Shown: positions 17,430 through 27,575 of the stretch, one piece after another
Layout: each line of letters opens with the position of its first letter
Numbering within the stretch: the stretch's first letter is position 1
Origin: Bdellovibrionales bacterium
GTDB taxonomy: Bacteria > Bdellovibrionota > Bdellovibrionia > Bdellovibrionales > DASUEL01
Direction of reading: 5' to 3'
NCBI GenBank assembly: GCA_050250255.1
Contig: JBFWOZ010000001.1
Coordinates: 64,001-128,000 of the forward strand
Length of the DNA stretch: 64,000 nt
Position numbers and translations under genes: made by a program
Notes under the pieces: model-generated
Told to the model about the DNA's origin: nothing
Seen by the model: the letters and a program-made list of their open reading frames with translations, nothing else
Databases searched by the model: none

Positions 17430-20131
17430 AGTTGAACCAGCGTCTTCTTATCTTGATGGCTTGTCTGATTCCTCAACTTTCGTATGGGGATGACGGCGTA
17501 TCGGGAGCGCTCACGCGAGTGGGAGACGCGGCTCATGCGGAGTTCACTGGTAGAAAGTCCTGGAACTACGATATCCGAAAAGAAAATCAAAATATTATTA
17601 TTAATTTGCCACCTTTGACGGACAAAACAAAAGCTCAGCTCACGTCGTGGTCAGATAGCTTTGTTTCCTCAGTCCGAATTGAAGCGGGTCCTGATGGTGG
17701 AAACCTTGTCACATTCACTTTAGCGGCCAAAGATGTAGAACATTTTGATTACATCTCTGACCAGCCATCACGTTTGATTGTGGATTTTTATAAAAACCCC
17801 GCGCTACTAAAAAACAAAAAAACCTCAGTGGCGAGCACTCCAGTAGAAGTAAAGTTGCCTCCTAAAAAAGTAGAGAAACAAAAAGAACGTGTTATTGCAA
17901 GCGAGGCGAAAGAGTCGGAGTCTTTTCCTGCGGATGGAGAAAAAACAGATGTAGGAGTTTTTGATTCCGCAGACTCAAATTACTCTCGCTTCCAAATTTT
18001 GCCGGCTGATATCAAAGAAGAGGCAATTATTGCCAGCCGCGGAAATATTTACCTGCAGTATCCTATTCTTGATGACCGACAAACTCTCCTTAAAGAGCTA
18101 CAAGAAAATCCTCCGATTTATGAAATTCAACCAGAAGATACGGATGAAAACAAAAAGGCGAGATTGCTCTTAACTCTCTTCGGTAAAAATCGCCCAGCGG
18201 TGTTTTCTAAATCTCTCGAATTTTTTGAAAAACAATATCCAAAATCTCAATATATTGAGATGATTCAGTACCTGAAGGCAGATCTTGCATACGCAGATTG
18301 GAAGAAATCTCAGCTGCCGGAAGATTTAAATAAGGCCTTAAAGTTATACGAAATTCTCGTAGAAACATATCCTGAGTCAGTACTAGCAGAGAGAACGTCT
18401 CTGTTTGTCGGTTACTCTTATTTCGACCGCGGAGATTATCTTTCTTCCATTAAGTATCTTTCGAAATTTGAAAAGAAATATCCTGATTCAAAATACCGCC
18501 CTCAAGTAAGAGTGGCCTTAGCCGATGCCTATAGAGGTTTAAGAAAATACGGAGATACATTTGATATTCTTAGAAAACTCGAGGCTGATCCTGCTTCGCC
18601 GGATTATCATGCTCAAGCTTCTTTCAAAATGGGTGATGTACACTTTTACGGCAAGTCTTATAAGCAGGCTGTAGAGAGTTACACTTCATCTCTTGAAAAA
18701 TATAAAACAGCAAAGAAGGCAAATCCTTACTACAACTTGGCAGAATCCTATTTTTGGCTAGGCAAATATAAGGAAAGTCTGGATGCCCATAGGAAATTTT
18801 TGACCCTCTTCCCACGTCATGAATATGGAAATTATTCGATGGTAAGGGTGGGAGAGCTTCTTGAAATTTTAGGCGCTGATAGAAAAAAAGTTGACGGAGC
18901 CTATCTCGAAACAATTTTCCGTTACAAAAACAGCGAGGGTGCAGGAGTAGCGCGTATTCGCTTAACGGGTCAACGTATTAAAGACATGAAAGAAAAAGAG
19001 ATTGATGCGGCTCTTTTGGAAATCAATAAATTTGTAGAAAAATCCACGCTCCCTAGAATTAAAGATTTCGTAAGTATTTTAGTTTCAGACGGATATCGAG
19101 AGCGACGTGAATATCAAAAAGCTTTCGAGCTTCTCACAAAATTCTATAACGAAAATCCAGAGGCAGATCTTTCCATATTCCGCAAAAGAATCGTGCAAAA
19201 TTTGACCAGTCAGCTCAGCGTCTACGTACAAAAAGGTCAATTCATGGATTTTTTTAAAGCTTACGGAAAAGATGCTCCGTTATGGCTTAAGAATCCTGAT
19301 CGTATTGACATTGATTACTATCAAGGCCGAAGTTTTGAACAGGCGGGAGTTTCTTCAGAGGCGGCCACCTATTATCGTAAAGTTTTGAATCGTCTCTATG
19401 CGATTAAAGGTACAGATGAAGAAAAAGAACGCATGGTGATGGAAAATATTCCGAGCACCGATACGGTGAATCTCCGCCTGGCAGCGATGAGTTATCAAGA
19501 AAAAGATTATGGACAAGCGGTGTCTTATTTAGATGCCATTCAAAGTCCTTATAAGTTGAGCCCTGATGAACAGGTTGAGAGAATTGAAGCCTACGCAAAT
19601 GTCTTCATTCAAAAAGGATCTGTTGGCCAAGCAAAAAAATATTTGTCGGATCTTATTACCAACTGGAAAGGGCGTCCGGGACTTGTTTCCGCCCCCCTCG
19701 TGAAACTTTCAGAGCTTCAAATTGAGGGTCAAGAGTACGAGCGAGCTGAGCTGAACTTACAAAAGGTCATCTTAATGGAAAAAGATTCTGAGCAGGTTCC
19801 AAAAGAAACAGTGATTCACGCAATGGAACTCAAGGGCAATATCCAACTCAAGCAAAAAAAATATGAAGCTGCTGCGGCCACCTACCGTAAGCTCCTGGAA
19901 AAGTACGAAGAGGACTTCCCTCTTGAAGCCGTTCGCTACCGTTTAGGGAAGCTTCATTTTGAACAAGGAAACATGGTGGAGGCAGAAAAATCCTGGTCCA
20001 CCTTAAAAGAAAATTCCACGTGGGCAAAAATGGCAAAAGAACAACTTGAACACTCTAAGTGGAACAAACAATACAAAAAATATATTCAGCGTATTCCTTC
20101 AATGGCAGATGATAAAGGAGAGAAGCAATGA
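17426..20131 (+). CDS. Exported AMIN-like + TPR-repeat protein
   Basis: Signal peptide, PSRLIVDF AMIN-like motif, many TPR/YfiO-type repeats (e.g. YP.S). Confidence 0.8.
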   Translation: MKLNQRLLILMACLIPQLSYGDDGVSGALTRVGDAAHAEFTGRKSWNYDIRKENQNIIINLPPLTDKTKAQLTSWSDSFVSSVRIEAGPDGGNLVTFTLAAKDVEHFDYISDQPSRLIVDFYKNPALLKNKKTSVASTPVEVKLPPKKVEKQKERVIASEAKESESFPADGEKTDVGVFDSADSNYSRFQILPADIKEEAIIASRGNIYLQYPILDDRQTLLKELQENPPIYEIQPEDTDENKKARLLLTLFGKNRPAVFSKSLEFFEKQYPKSQYIEMIQYLKADLAYADWKKSQLPEDLNKALKLYEILVETYPESVLAERTSLFVGYSYFDRGDYLSSIKYLSKFEKKYPDSKYRPQVRVALADAYRGLRKYGDTFDILRKLEADPASPDYHAQASFKMGDVHFYGKSYKQAVESYTSSLEKYKTAKKANPYYNLAESYFWLGKYKESLDAHRKFLTLFPRHEYGNYSMVRVGELLEILGADRKKVDGAYLETIFRYKNSEGAGVARIRLTGQRIKDMKEKEIDAALLEINKFVEKSTLPRIKDFVSILVSDGYRERREYQKAFELLTKFYNENPEADLSIFRKRIVQNLTSQLSVYVQKGQFMDFFKAYGKDAPLWLKNPDRIDIDYYQGRSFEQAGVSSEAATYYRKVLNRLYAIKGTDEEKERMVMENIPSTDTVNLRLAAMSYQEKDYGQAVSYLDAIQSPYKLSPDEQVERIEAYANVFIQKGSVGQAKKYLSDLITNWKGRPGLVSAPLVKLSELQIEGQEYERAELNLQKVILMEKDSEQVPKETVIHAMELKGNIQLKQKKYEAAAATYRKLLEKYEEDFPLEAVRYRLGKLHFEQGNMVEAEKSWSTLKENSTWAKMAKEQLEHSKWNKQYKKYIQRIPSMADDKGEKQ

Positions 20132-21066
20132 GCGACACGATCATTACCGCAGATGCAAAGATGAGAGAGATTCTCACAATCGCGGAGAACGTGGCTTCAA
20201 GTCGTGCGACAGTTCTCATCAAAGGTGAGAGCGGTACCGGGAAAGAATTAGTAGCCCGATTGATTCATAGAAAAAGCTCTCGAATGAGTAAGCGTTTTGT
20301 CGCGATCAACTGCGCCGCCGTACCTGAAGGTCTGTTGGAAAGCGAGCTCTTCGGATTTGAAAAAGGTGCTTTTACCGGCGCCACCATGAGTAAGCCTGGA
20401 AAGTTTGAATTGGCGTCTGATGGAACCCTTCTACTTGATGAAATGAGCGAGATGGCTCTTCATCTTCAGGGAAAGCTGCTTCGTGCGATTCAAGAGGGTG
20501 AAATCGAACGCCTCGGTGGACGTGGCCCCATTAAAGTAAACGTCCGCATTATCGCAACAACAAACCGAGATCTCAAAGAGATGGTGAAGAACGGACAGTT
20601 TAGAGAAGATCTTTACTACCGTTTGAATGTCATTCCGTTAGAAATCCCACCATTAAGACAAAGACTAAAAGATATTGAATTACTAACAAAGCATTTCATT
20701 GGGGTTTCTTGCCTCATCAATGGAAAAAATGTAAAGGATATTTCTGATGCGGCACTGAGAAAATTGAAAGGTGCTAGCTGGCCAGGAAATATTCGCGAAC
20801 TTGAAAATACTATTGAGCGAGCTGTTCTACTTGCGAAGAGTGAAACCATTCATGAGGATGATTTCCCTTCTCTTACAAGCGCTCAGTCATCAACGATCTA
20901 TGATTTGTCTCCAGGAATGACAGTTTCTGATGCCGAGAAGTTTTTAATTTTGCGCACTTTAGATTACACCAGCCAGAATCGAACTCAGGCTGCAAAAATG
21001 CTTGGAATTAGTATCCGTACTCTTAGAAATAAAATTCAAGAATACAAATTAACGGGTGAATTATGA
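20128..21066 (+). CDS. sigma54-dependent activator (bEBP), AAA+ plus Fis HTH, no N-terminal regulatory domain
   Basis: GESGTGKE, ESELFG, GAFTGA, FREDLYYRL, WPGNIREL and NRTQAAKMLGIS motifs. Confidence 0.93.
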   Translation: MSDTIITADAKMREILTIAENVASSRATVLIKGESGTGKELVARLIHRKSSRMSKRFVAINCAAVPEGLLESELFGFEKGAFTGATMSKPGKFELASDGTLLLDEMSEMALHLQGKLLRAIQEGEIERLGGRGPIKVNVRIIATTNRDLKEMVKNGQFREDLYYRLNVIPLEIPPLRQRLKDIELLTKHFIGVSCLINGKNVKDISDAALRKLKGASWPGNIRELENTIERAVLLAKSETIHEDDFPSLTSAQSSTIYDLSPGMTVSDAEKFLILRTLDYTSQNRTQAAKMLGISIRTLRNKIQEYKLTGEL

Positions 21067-21470
21067 GCTTATTTGACAAGACCACGGGAGCGCTCGGCGC
21101 AGCGCTCAACCTCAGATTGCAAAGACAAAATGTCATCTCTGGCAATATCGCGAATGCGGAGACTCCGGGCTATAACGCCAAGAAGATGGATTTCGAAGGC
21201 GAATTGTCACGTGCTCTGGATCTAGATGGAAAGAGAAGCATCGAGACGACTCATGCCGGTCATGTGCCAGTACGCGGTGATCAGTTATCTCGCATCACTG
21301 GAGATATTTACGACAATCCAGACATCCCGGTGGATAACGATAAAAATACTGTGGATTTAGAAAAAGAAATGGCGAGTCTTAACGAAAACAGCATTCTTTA
21401 TAAAACGGCAGTGGAGTTGATACGTAAAAAACTCGGCGCCATGAAATATGCTGTATCAGAGGGTAGATAA
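21063..21470 (+). CDS. flgB: Flagellar rod protein FlgB
   Basis: NIANAETPGY and NTVDLEKEM motifs. Confidence 0.95.
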   Translation: MSLFDKTTGALGAALNLRLQRQNVISGNIANAETPGYNAKKMDFEGELSRALDLDGKRSIETTHAGHVPVRGDQLSRITGDIYDNPDIPVDNDKNTVDLEKEMASLNENSILYKTAVELIRKKLGAMKYAVSEGR

Positions 21471-21904
21471 TGGATTTTCTAACGGGCCTTCGCATTGGTA
21501 GTAGTGGGATGACGGCGCAGCGAGCGCGCATGAATGCTATTTCAAGCAATATTGCGAATGTTAATACTGTTCGCACTCCTGAAGGTGGCCCTTATCGCAG
21601 AAAAGATGTGCTCTTAGAAGCCATGCCTGAAGCTAAAACTTTTGGCGAAGTACTAACAGGTGAAAAAGAAAAAATTCAGAGAGTGCAAGTAACAGATGTT
21701 CTTGTGGATCGTCGTGCACCTCTCTTGAAGTATGAGCCAGACCATCCAGACGCAAATCAAGATGGATATGTGGCGTATCCAAATATTAATTTGATGGAAG
21801 AGATGGCGAATATGATTCAGGCCACTCGAGCTTATGAAGCGAACGTTTCGGCAGTGCAGGCTACTAAAAATATGGCATTTTCAGCCTTGGATATTGCAAG
21901 GTAA
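21470..21904 (+). CDS. flgC: Flagellar rod protein FlgC
   Basis: NIANVNT...PYRRK and HPDA...YPNIN motifs. Confidence 0.96.
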   Translation: MDFLTGLRIGSSGMTAQRARMNAISSNIANVNTVRTPEGGPYRRKDVLLEAMPEAKTFGEVLTGEKEKIQRVQVTDVLVDRRAPLLKYEPDHPDANQDGYVAYPNINLMEEMANMIQATRAYEANVSAVQATKNMAFSALDIAR

Positions 21905-21914
21905 GGGGTATTAG

Positions 21915-22238
21915 ATGGACGGAATTAATTTCTCCAATCTAGACATTCGATCAGGTGGAGTGAGTGGCACTCAATCTGCACAGGGTAAAACCTCACTACA
22001 AAAGTCAGATGGAACACAGAGTGATTTTGTTCAAACACTGAAGAACGCAATCAACAATGTAGATGGCCTTCAGAAAGAGTCTGATTTGAAGATGCAACAA
22101 CTGGCGACTGGTCAGAATACAAACATTCATGAGACAATGATTGCAGCTGAAAAGGCAGACATTGCGATGAGATTAATGGTGCAAGTACGAAATAAGATCA
22201 TCGAGGCCTACCAAGAAATCATGAGAATGCAAGTTTAA
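21915..22238 (+). CDS. fliE: Flagellar hook-basal body protein FliE
   Basis: VRNKIIEAYQEIMRMQV C-terminus. Confidence 0.95.
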   Translation: MDGINFSNLDIRSGGVSGTQSAQGKTSLQKSDGTQSDFVQTLKNAINNVDGLQKESDLKMQQLATGQNTNIHETMIAAEKADIAMRLMVQVRNKIIEAYQEIMRMQV

Positions 22239-22260
22239 GGTTCCTGACAGGGGAGGGTGA

Positions 22261-23910
22261 GTGAATACATTTTTAAGAAGTTTGTTTTTGCAGCTAAAGG
22301 GATTCTATCAGAATCAGACGCCTGTAAAGAGGATGTCGATACTGATCGTCTGCGTGATAGCTGTCACCTCTGTCATTATTATTGGTGTGATGATCTCTGG
22401 CCGATCTTACGTACCACTTTTTACGAGCGTGCCCCCAGAGCAATTGAGTATTATTCTTAATAAACTAAAAGAAAAGAATGTGAAGTTTGAAGTTCGTGAT
22501 GATGGAAAAACAGTGGCCGTGCCTCCGGAAATGCTCCACTCACTTCAAATGTCGATTATGACCGAATCCTCCTCCAATAAAATGGGGGAAATTGGTTTTG
22601 AGCTTTTCGACAAACAAAGTTTTGGGGTGACTTCTTACGCACAAAAAATTAATTATCAGAGAGCGGTTCAGGGCGAACTTATGAGAGCGATCAACACTCT
22701 CGATCCTGTGAGAAACTCAAAAGTGATTCTAGCCTTGCCACCTAAGAAAACTTTTTTAGAAGAGGGTGGTTCACCCTCGGCCTCTGTTGTGGTGGATCTC
22801 TATGATGGTAAGAATTTAACTCCAGAGCAAGTGAAGGGCATTACCCTTCTCGTTGCAAATGCCATTGAAAACATGGACTCAGATCGTGTCACGGTTGTGG
22901 ATTCTCGAGGAAAAGTGCTCAGTAAAAATAAGGGTGATCCAAGCATTGGTTTGACGAACGACATTGTAGAACTTAAGTTGAAAACTGAAGAGCAGTTAGA
23001 GCATCGTATTGAGTCGATGCTCGAGCGTATTGTGGGTTCAGGAAAAGTGATGGCGCGCGTAGATGCCGCTTTAAATGCTCAGCTGGTGACCTCAGTCGAA
23101 GAACAGATTGATCCAGATAAAACAGCCATTCGTAGCGTAGTCAGCGAAGAAGAGTCAATGAATGGAACACGCCGAAATCCTACAGGAGTTCCCGGCGCAA
23201 GATCTAATCTTCCTGGCGCTGAAGATCAGGGACAAGTGAGCTTTGGCCAAGACGTCAAAAAAGATCTTAAGACGACTAATTATGAAGTTCCAAAAACAGT
23301 ACGTAACGTTCGTGAAAATCCAGGAAAGATTGATCGGATTACCGTTGCCGTGGTGGTGGATGGTATTAGAACGGTCACCAAAAAAGAAGATGGTACGACA
23401 GAAGAAAAGTGGGACAGACGGAGCGCTGAGGAATTGGCTCAGTATGAGACCATCGTAAAAAATGCGGTAGGTTTTAAAGCGGAACGTGGTGACGTTGTTA
23501 AAATTGAAAATATTAAATTTGAGAAAGAAGATTTCTCTGAATCTGAACAAATTCTTTCGCAGCTAGAGAAGCGTAAACTTCTCAATTACCTCTTACGCTG
23601 GTCAGTCATCGGACTCGCGATGATACTCTTCTTCTTCCTTGTAGTGAGACCATTTATGAGATGGGTGACCGAAAGTTTTCAGGAGTCGATCGACGATATG
23701 CTTCCTAAAACAATTGAAGAACTTGAAGAGATTCAAGGCATTGATGGTGGGTTGCCTGGAATGTCGAGCGCTCTTCCTATTCTCGAGGAAGCCTTGGATC
23801 CTGATAAGGCCGAAAGTGAATTATTAAAAGAAAAAATTATGACCATTGTAGAACAGAACCAGAGAAAAGCTTCAAACGCTCTTGGTTTATGGCTTGTGAA
23901 AAAGGAGTAA
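22261..23910 (+). CDS. fliF: MS-ring protein FliF
   Basis: GFELFD, YQRAVQGEL and PSASVVV motifs; two TM segments. Confidence 0.95.
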   Translation: MNTFLRSLFLQLKGFYQNQTPVKRMSILIVCVIAVTSVIIIGVMISGRSYVPLFTSVPPEQLSIILNKLKEKNVKFEVRDDGKTVAVPPEMLHSLQMSIMTESSSNKMGEIGFELFDKQSFGVTSYAQKINYQRAVQGELMRAINTLDPVRNSKVILALPPKKTFLEEGGSPSASVVVDLYDGKNLTPEQVKGITLLVANAIENMDSDRVTVVDSRGKVLSKNKGDPSIGLTNDIVELKLKTEEQLEHRIESMLERIVGSGKVMARVDAALNAQLVTSVEEQIDPDKTAIRSVVSEEESMNGTRRNPTGVPGARSNLPGAEDQGQVSFGQDVKKDLKTTNYEVPKTVRNVRENPGKIDRITVAVVVDGIRTVTKKEDGTTEEKWDRRSAEELAQYETIVKNAVGFKAERGDVVKIENIKFEKEDFSESEQILSQLEKRKLLNYLLRWSVIGLAMILFFFLVVRPFMRWVTESFQESIDDMLPKTIEELEEIQGIDGGLPGMSSALPILEEALDPDKAESELLKEKIMTIVEQNQRKASNALGLWLVKKE

Positions 23911-23913
23911 TCT

Positions 23914-24948
23914 GTGAGTACAGTTCGTAAACCAGAAAACATAGATTATGATAATCTCAAGGGCTATGAAAAAGCCGCGATCTTGATCAATTATCTCGGC
24001 GCCGACGCAACGAGATCTTTGTTCTCTCAACTAGAGGACAGCGATATTCGCAAGTTGATCGGGGTGATGGTTCGACTCAGGGTTATACCCGTCCACGTGA
24101 CGAAAAAAGTTCTTGAAGAGTTCTACTCCATGATCAGTGAGTCTGAGGACTACATCTTCTCTGAGGACATTACGACAAAAGAAAATATCGTGCTGGCTGT
24201 CGGAGAAGAGCGCGCTCGAGGGATTTTAGGTCACTTGAATATCCGCGGCGGTTCAAAGAGTCTTGAAAGCTTAGACTTAGTGGACGCTAAATCTTTAGCG
24301 AATTTCTTGGTGAATGAACATCCGCAAACTGTTGCCGTAGTTCTTTCGCACCTGGAACCAGAAAAGAAGGGTGAGGTTCTCAAAAGACTTCCTGAAGCTC
24401 TTCAAGCTGAAGTGGTCTTGAGAATGGCACATTTAGATTACATTGACCCACAATTGATTGCGGAACTCGATACTGTCTTAAAACAAGAACTTTCAATGAT
24501 GGGTACAGTAGAGCAAGCTTCTCTCGGTGGGACTCAGCCGGTTGCAGAAATGCTGAACGTGATGGATAAAAACACTGAAACAGCCATCATGTCGCGTATT
24601 GAAGAAAAAGATCCTATTCTTGCAGAAGAAATTCGTAAATTGATGTTTGTATTCGAAGATATTCTTAAGATTGATGATCGCGGTATGCAGACTCTTCTTA
24701 AGGAAGTTCCGAACGATAAACTTCTCTTGGCTCTTAAGACGGCCAACGAAGATATCAAGAACAAAATTTTTAAGAACTTGTCTGCTCGTGCTGCCACTCT
24801 ACTTAAAGAAGATTTGGAATCTATGGGACCTGCACGTCTTTCTGATGTGGAACAGGCTCAGCAGCTCGTAGTCAATGCGGCGAGACGACTCGAAACAGAA
24901 GGTAAGATCCTAATTTCAAGAGGTGGTTCAGAAGATGCGCTCGTCTAA
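23914..24948 (+). CDS. fliG: Motor switch protein FliG
   Basis: EHPQTVA and LMFVFED motifs. Confidence 0.96.
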   Translation: MSTVRKPENIDYDNLKGYEKAAILINYLGADATRSLFSQLEDSDIRKLIGVMVRLRVIPVHVTKKVLEEFYSMISESEDYIFSEDITTKENIVLAVGEERARGILGHLNIRGGSKSLESLDLVDAKSLANFLVNEHPQTVAVVLSHLEPEKKGEVLKRLPEALQAEVVLRMAHLDYIDPQLIAELDTVLKQELSMMGTVEQASLGGTQPVAEMLNVMDKNTETAIMSRIEEKDPILAEEIRKLMFVFEDILKIDDRGMQTLLKEVPNDKLLLALKTANEDIKNKIFKNLSARAATLLKEDLESMGPARLSDVEQAQQLVVNAARRLETEGKILISRGGSEDALV

Positions 24949-25723
24949 GTCGATTATTACGAAAGAGCAAGCGGTGGGATTGGTTCTGGAGTTTCAACCT
25001 CAAAGTATGAAACGTGAAATTTCTCAAGAGGCAGAACAATATTTTGTTCGAGAAAAAACGGTCCAATCAGGGTTTAAGATGAGCCATTTGGTGGCAAGCC
25101 AAACAGGAATTGCTGAAAAAGAGAAAGCGGAGATCGAGAAGCAAGTGGAACAAATTGCTCTTGAGAAAATTAAAGAGATTCAAGAGCCGGCTTATAAAGA
25201 GGCCTATGCTATTGGTCTTGAAGAAGGCACAAAAAAAGCTTTTGAAGAACATAGGCAAACTATTCAGGAGCAGCTTGAGAAATTAGATATCCTCCTCACT
25301 TCTATGGGTCACATGAAGCGAGAGCTTATGGAGCAGAACGAAATTTATTTTATTAAAACCATACATACAATGGCTACAAAGCTCGCAGTTGCCCATATTG
25401 AAGAGCATAAAGAAACGATTATTTCGGTGATGAAGCAAGCCGTGGACCATGCGCAGTCGGAAGAAAATGTCATGGTAAAATTGTGCAAAGAAGATTTTGA
25501 ATTTGTTGAGAAGTTTAGAGAAAATTCCAAGAAAGAATTCGATTTTCTTAAAAAAGTAAAAATGGAAGTGAGCTCAGATATCAAATCGGGTGGCTGTATC
25601 GTGGAAACGAATTACGGGACGATCGATGCAACTGTAGAAGAGCGTATTAATAAGCTGTGGAGTATGCTAGAGTCAAAGCTACCAAAAGAAACTCCAGTGA
25701 TTTCTTCAGAAGATAAAACTTAA
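24935..25723 (+). CDS. fliH: Flagellar export protein FliH
   Basis: GxxxG-like helix and GGCIVETNYGTIDAT; lies between fliG and fliI. Confidence 0.88.
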   Translation: MRSSKSIITKEQAVGLVLEFQPQSMKREISQEAEQYFVREKTVQSGFKMSHLVASQTGIAEKEKAEIEKQVEQIALEKIKEIQEPAYKEAYAIGLEEGTKKAFEEHRQTIQEQLEKLDILLTSMGHMKRELMEQNEIYFIKTIHTMATKLAVAHIEEHKETIISVMKQAVDHAQSEENVMVKLCKEDFEFVEKFRENSKKEFDFLKKVKMEVSSDIKSGGCIVETNYGTIDATVEERINKLWSMLESKLPKETPVISSEDKT

Positions 25724-25735
25724 AAACTTTCTAGG

Positions 25736-27088
25736 ATGGAAAGTAAAATGTCAGAATTGAAATCCTTTAATCTAGAAAAATATGTAAACATCTTCGATGG
25801 AGTAGACCTCACTCATGACATTGGAAAAGTGACTCGCGTTGTAGGCTTCATGATGGAAGGTTATTTACCTGGAGCTTGGCTAGGTAGTATTTGTCAAATC
25901 CATCCCTCCAGTGGCGCACCTCCTTTTTTAGCCGAAGTGGTTGGTTTTAAAGACAAGAGTGTACTCCTCATGCCTTTAGGCGAAATTATGGGTGTGGGTT
26001 TAGGGGCCAAAATTGTTCTGGTAAGACAAAAAGCATCGGTTCCTGTTGGGTCGGCTCTTTTGGGTCGAGTGCTTAACGGACTTGGCGAACCCATTGATGG
26101 TAAAGGCGCGATAAATACAGATCAGCAAGTCTCACTCTATGCCGCAGTTAAAAATCCATTATCTAGAGCTCCAATTGATGAGCCAATGGATTTAGGTGTG
26201 CGTGCTATTAATGGAATGCTCACTATAGGTAAGGGGCAACGCGTAGGCATTATGGCGGGCTCGGGTGTTGGAAAGTCAGTGCTCCTTGGTATGCTTGCAC
26301 GTAACTCAAAATCTGATGTGAACGTGATTGCCCTCATTGGGGAGCGCGGCAGAGAAGTTCGTGAGTTTATCGAAAACGACCTCGGTGAAGAAGGACTCAA
26401 AAGATCTGTGGTGATCGTAGCAACAAGCGATGAGAGTCCACTCATCCGTATGAGAGGTGCCTTCGTGGCAACGTCGATCGCTGAATACTTTTGTAAAGCT
26501 GGCAAAGATGTTTTGTTAATGATGGATTCCGTGACTCGCTTTGCGATGGCCCAAAGAGAAATTGGTTTAAGTACCGGTGAACCTCCCGCAACAAAAGGTT
26601 ATACCCCAAGTGTGTTTGCTCTTTTACCAAAATTACTAGAGCGCGCAGGTTCGTTTCAAGATTCTGGTAGTATCACAGGCTTGTACACGGTGCTCGTTGA
26701 AGGTGATGACATGGATGATCCGATTGCGGATTCCGTAAGATCCATTGTCGATGGCCACATTGTTTTGAGTCGTCAACTCGCTCAACGTGGACATTTTCCA
26801 GCGATTGATGTGCTCCAAAGTACAAGCCGTGTGATGAGACACGTCATCTCTCAAGATCATACGCGTCTTGCGGAAATTATGAGGGAGAACATGGCAGTCT
26901 ATAAAGATGCGGAAGACCTCATTAATATTGGCGCCTACAAAGAAGGTACCAATAAGAGAATTGATCAGGCTTTACATTTAAATGAGGCGATTGAATCCTA
27001 TTTGAGGCAGGCTGTTGTTGAAAAGTCAGATATGGGTGAGAGTGTTTCGCTGATGGCTTCGCTCCTAGGTTATGGGCCTGATGGGTAA
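25736..27088 (+). CDS. fliI: Flagellar export ATPase FliI
   Basis: AGSGVGKS, GERGREV and DSVTRFAMAQREIG motifs. Confidence 0.96.
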   Translation: MESKMSELKSFNLEKYVNIFDGVDLTHDIGKVTRVVGFMMEGYLPGAWLGSICQIHPSSGAPPFLAEVVGFKDKSVLLMPLGEIMGVGLGAKIVLVRQKASVPVGSALLGRVLNGLGEPIDGKGAINTDQQVSLYAAVKNPLSRAPIDEPMDLGVRAINGMLTIGKGQRVGIMAGSGVGKSVLLGMLARNSKSDVNVIALIGERGREVREFIENDLGEEGLKRSVVIVATSDESPLIRMRGAFVATSIAEYFCKAGKDVLLMMDSVTRFAMAQREIGLSTGEPPATKGYTPSVFALLPKLLERAGSFQDSGSITGLYTVLVEGDDMDDPIADSVRSIVDGHIVLSRQLAQRGHFPAIDVLQSTSRVMRHVISQDHTRLAEIMRENMAVYKDAEDLINIGAYKEGTNKRIDQALHLNEAIESYLRQAVVEKSDMGESVSLMASLLGYGPDG

Positions 27089-27093
27089 ATTCG

Positions 27094-27564
27094 ATGAAAT
27101 TTAAATTTCCTTACGAAAATATTCTTAAGACAAAAAAAGTTTCCAGGGATGTGGCTTTTCGAGATTTTGCAGAAGCTAAGGGACATTTGACCACTGCTGA
27201 AAATGATCTCTCAACGATGTATAATCTCGTAGCGGACACTCATCAATTAAGTGAAGATTGCTTAAAACAAAACCTAAGTCCGAGAGATAAAATTGAACTT
27301 CTTAAGTGGGCCCAGGTGTTCCACGATGGCCAGCAGGTAAAAATCAATCATCAAAAACTGGAAGTTCGAAAAAGAAATCAGGATACAGAGGATCGTCGAG
27401 AAACTTTGGCCCAGATTGCAAAAGAATATAAAATTTTTGAGAAATTAAAGGATAAAATGAAAGAGAAGCACAAAAAGAATGTGCGAAAACTCGATCAGAA
27501 AACGATTGATGAAATTGTTGTAATGCAGTCTGCACGAAAGATTATTGAGAGAGAGAATAAGTAG
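27094..27564 (+). CDS. fliJ: Flagellar export protein FliJ
   Basis: MKFKF start, coiled coil, QKTIDE C-terminus; follows fliI. Confidence 0.85.
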   Translation: MKFKFPYENILKTKKVSRDVAFRDFAEAKGHLTTAENDLSTMYNLVADTHQLSEDCLKQNLSPRDKIELLKWAQVFHDGQQVKINHQKLEVRKRNQDTEDRRETLAQIAKEYKIFEKLKDKMKEKHKKNVRKLDQKTIDEIVVMQSARKIIERENK

Positions 27565-27575
27565 GGGATTTTAAG

